From Armatimonadota bacterium (lineage in GTDB: Bacteria; Vulcanimicrobiota; JACPDS01; JBDRKI01), in assembly GCA_043814095.1 (NCBI GenBank), contig JBDRKI010000119.1, forward strand, positions 1 through 38,536: a DNA stretch of 38,536 nt, read 5' to 3'. The stretch's first letter is position 1. The number at the start of each line of letters is the position of its first letter. A program made the translations under genes and the position numbers. Below, one piece after another: positions 37,007-38,536 of the stretch. The notes below the pieces were generated by a model. It searched no databases and had not been told where the DNA came from. It was given only the letters and a program-made list of their open reading frames with translations.

Positions 37007-38305
37007 TTATTCCTTTTTGTATTTACCTGGCCATCTTTCCCTGAGGCGTAATTTTATTTTTTCCTCAAAGCCCTGGCCGGAAGGGCTGTAATATACTTTA
37101 TCGGTTAAATTGTCGGGCAGGTACTGCTGGTGGATAAAATTTCCGGGATAGTTATGCGGGTATTTATAATTAACTCCTATGCCGTATTCATCCGCTTTGG
37201 AGAATGACTGGTTTATAAGGTGAAGAGGTACGGGATATTCTTCTTTGGAGGATACATCTTTGGTTGATGAGCCGATGCTTTCGCATACCGAGTTGCTTTT
37301 GGGAGCGCAGGATATATGTATCGCGGCCTGGTAAAGCGCGAATTTCGCTTCAGGGAGCCCCACGAATTCAAGAGCGTGATACGCGTTCACGGCGATCATT
37401 AAAGCCCAGGGGTCCGCCATGCCGACATCTTCGGAAGCGGCTATTATCATTCTTCTTACTATAAAGCGCGGGTCTTCACCGGCTTCAAGCATCCGGCTTA
37501 ACCAGTAAACGGCCGCGTTGGGATCAGAGCCCCTCATGCTTTTTATGAACGCGGATATTACCGCATAATGCTGGTCGTCATTTTTGTCATAACGTAAGAA
37601 TCTTTTTCCAAGAATTTCTTCTATACCCTTGACATCTATATTATTTTTATCTTTTGCCGATGAGGCGGCAAGCTCTAAGGTATTAAGCGCAACCCTGGCA
37701 TCTCCCGATGATGTGTTTATTATAAACTCAAGGGCTTCATCCGTAATATTTATTTTTTTTTCTTTATATTCGGAGCTTAACGCCTTTAAAATTATTCCTT
37801 TTATATCATCTCTTGTTAACTGGTTAAGTTTAAATATTTTTACCCTTGAATTTAACGCCGATATTATCTCAAAATAAGGATTCATTGTTGTCGCACCGAG
37901 AAGGATTATAGAGCCGTTCTCCACATAGGGAAGGAACGCGTCCTGTTGGGCTTTATTAAACCTGTGGATTTCATCTATGAATATAATAGTTTTCTGACCG
38001 AAGGTTTTAAACCTGTCTTCGGATTCTTTTAACGCTTTTTTAACGTCAACTATGCTTGAGGTTACCGCCGGGAATCTTAAATAATGGTGCTGGGTATTAG
38101 AAAATATTATTTCAATAATTGTGGTTTTCCCGCTCCCGGGAGGCCCCCATAATATAAATGAGGTAAAGGAATCTTCTTCTATAAGCTTTCTTAAAAATTT
38201 ACCTTTCCCGAGAAGATGATCTTGGCCAAGAACGTCATCAAGAGATTTCGGCCTTAAATTATCCGCAAGGGGTATATTTTTCTTATTATTAAGTAAACTT
38301 TCCAA
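37007..38305 (-). CDS. rarA: Replication-associated recombination protein A (RarA/MgsA)
   Basis: PLADNLRP, WGPPGSGKTT, DEIHRFNKAQQD, SAFIKSMRGSD, ASEDVG, YKYPH; start moved to TTG 38305 after GGAGG. Confidence 0.96.
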   Translation of the reverse strand: MESLLNNKKNIPLADNLRPKSLDDVLGQDHLLGKGKFLRKLIEEDSFTSFILWGPPGSGKTTIIEIIFSNTQHHYLRFPAVTSSIVDVKKALKESEDRFKTFGQKTIIFIDEIHRFNKAQQDAFLPYVENGSIILLGATTMNPYFEIISALNSRVKIFKLNQLTRDDIKGIILKALSSEYKEKKINITDEALEFIINTSSGDARVALNTLELAASSAKDKNNIDVKGIEEILGKRFLRYDKNDDQHYAVISAFIKSMRGSDPNAAVYWLSRMLEAGEDPRFIVRRMIIAASEDVGMADPWALMIAVNAYHALEFVGLPEAKFALYQAAIHISCAPKSNSVCESIGSSTKDVSSKEEYPVPLHLINQSFSKADEYGIGVNYKYPHNYPGNFIHQQYLPDNLTDKVYYSPSGQGFEEKIKLRLRERWPGKYKKE

Positions 38306-38330
38306 AATACAGCCTCCGCTAGTATATTTA

Positions 38331-38359
38331 ATCATATATTTTTTTACACCTTTTTTCAA
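38331..38359 (-). promoter_or_regulatory. Sigma70-type promoter of rarA
   Basis: TTGAAA-N17-TATGAT. Confidence 0.55.
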
Positions 38360-38363
38360 GGTT

Positions 38364-38392
38364 TTGCGTTAATTTGAAATTTTTGTTAAAAT
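38364..38392 (+). promoter_or_regulatory. Divergent sigma70-type promoter
   Basis: TTGCGT-N17-TAAAAT with TG extension. Confidence 0.5.
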
Positions 38393-38398
38393 ATATCA

Positions 38399-38530
38399 GC
38401 CCTGAAGAATGAAAATTTTTCTCACCCTTAATATCCCTGCATATTGCCTTTAAAGCAAGTGAATGTGCAGGGATTCGACTTTTCAAAAGAACACCATTAA
38501 AAAAGTTTAAAAAATAATTTTCTCAAGAGC
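38399..38530. ncRNA. Candidate structured RNA (long nested hairpin); family not identified
   Basis: Inner stem ATCCCTGCATATT / AATGTGCAGGGAT (38433-38474); outer pairing GAAAATT / AATTTTC and GCCCTGA / TCAAGAGC; no ORF. Confidence 0.35.
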
Positions 38531-38536
38531 GTTTTT

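Noticed and set aside
38306-38359. Extended N-termini in the ORF track (rarA 38359; also 8179, 18402, 22986)
   Set aside because: Downstream starts have clear SD sequences, and the extensions overlap promoters or neighbouring genes.

Overview
This 38.5 kb AT-rich bacterial chromosomal window is mostly housekeeping genes: fbp, tgt, an RluA/RluD enzyme, lgt, lspA, ileS, rplU-prp, queH, gmhA, a HIT protein, an acyl-CoA dehydrogenase, a class I/II aminotransferase, grpE-dnaK-dnaJ-hspR (consensus sigma70 promoter overlaid by a double HAIR-like operator), rpe, a GHMP/HddA kinase and rarA. It also carries a PilB/GspE ATPase and two PilT ATPases. No rRNA, tRNA, CRISPR array, integrase or transposase was seen. 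The most interesting signals are in accessory and intergenic DNA: (1) a 46-bp array of four 11-bp TGTTAACA units present twice (41/46 identical), upstream of two Gly/Met/Pro-rich orphan paralogs and of a secreted FlgT-C-like protein, with an orphan heme-c (CxxCH) histidine kinase nearby, suggesting an undescribed regulon; (2) a second orphan paralog pair sharing a 25-bp upstream box; (3) rplU-prp lacking rpmA and followed instead by a small membrane protein with a Prp-site-like motif; (4) a +1 frameshift at CCC-GGG-TGA splitting a protein O-mannosyltransferase-family gene; (5) IleRS with both signature motifs altered; (6) a terminator-bounded nucleotidyltransferase/small-protein module; (7) a structured RNA candidate beside rarA. 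All family assignments come from motif recognition by eye, not database searches.
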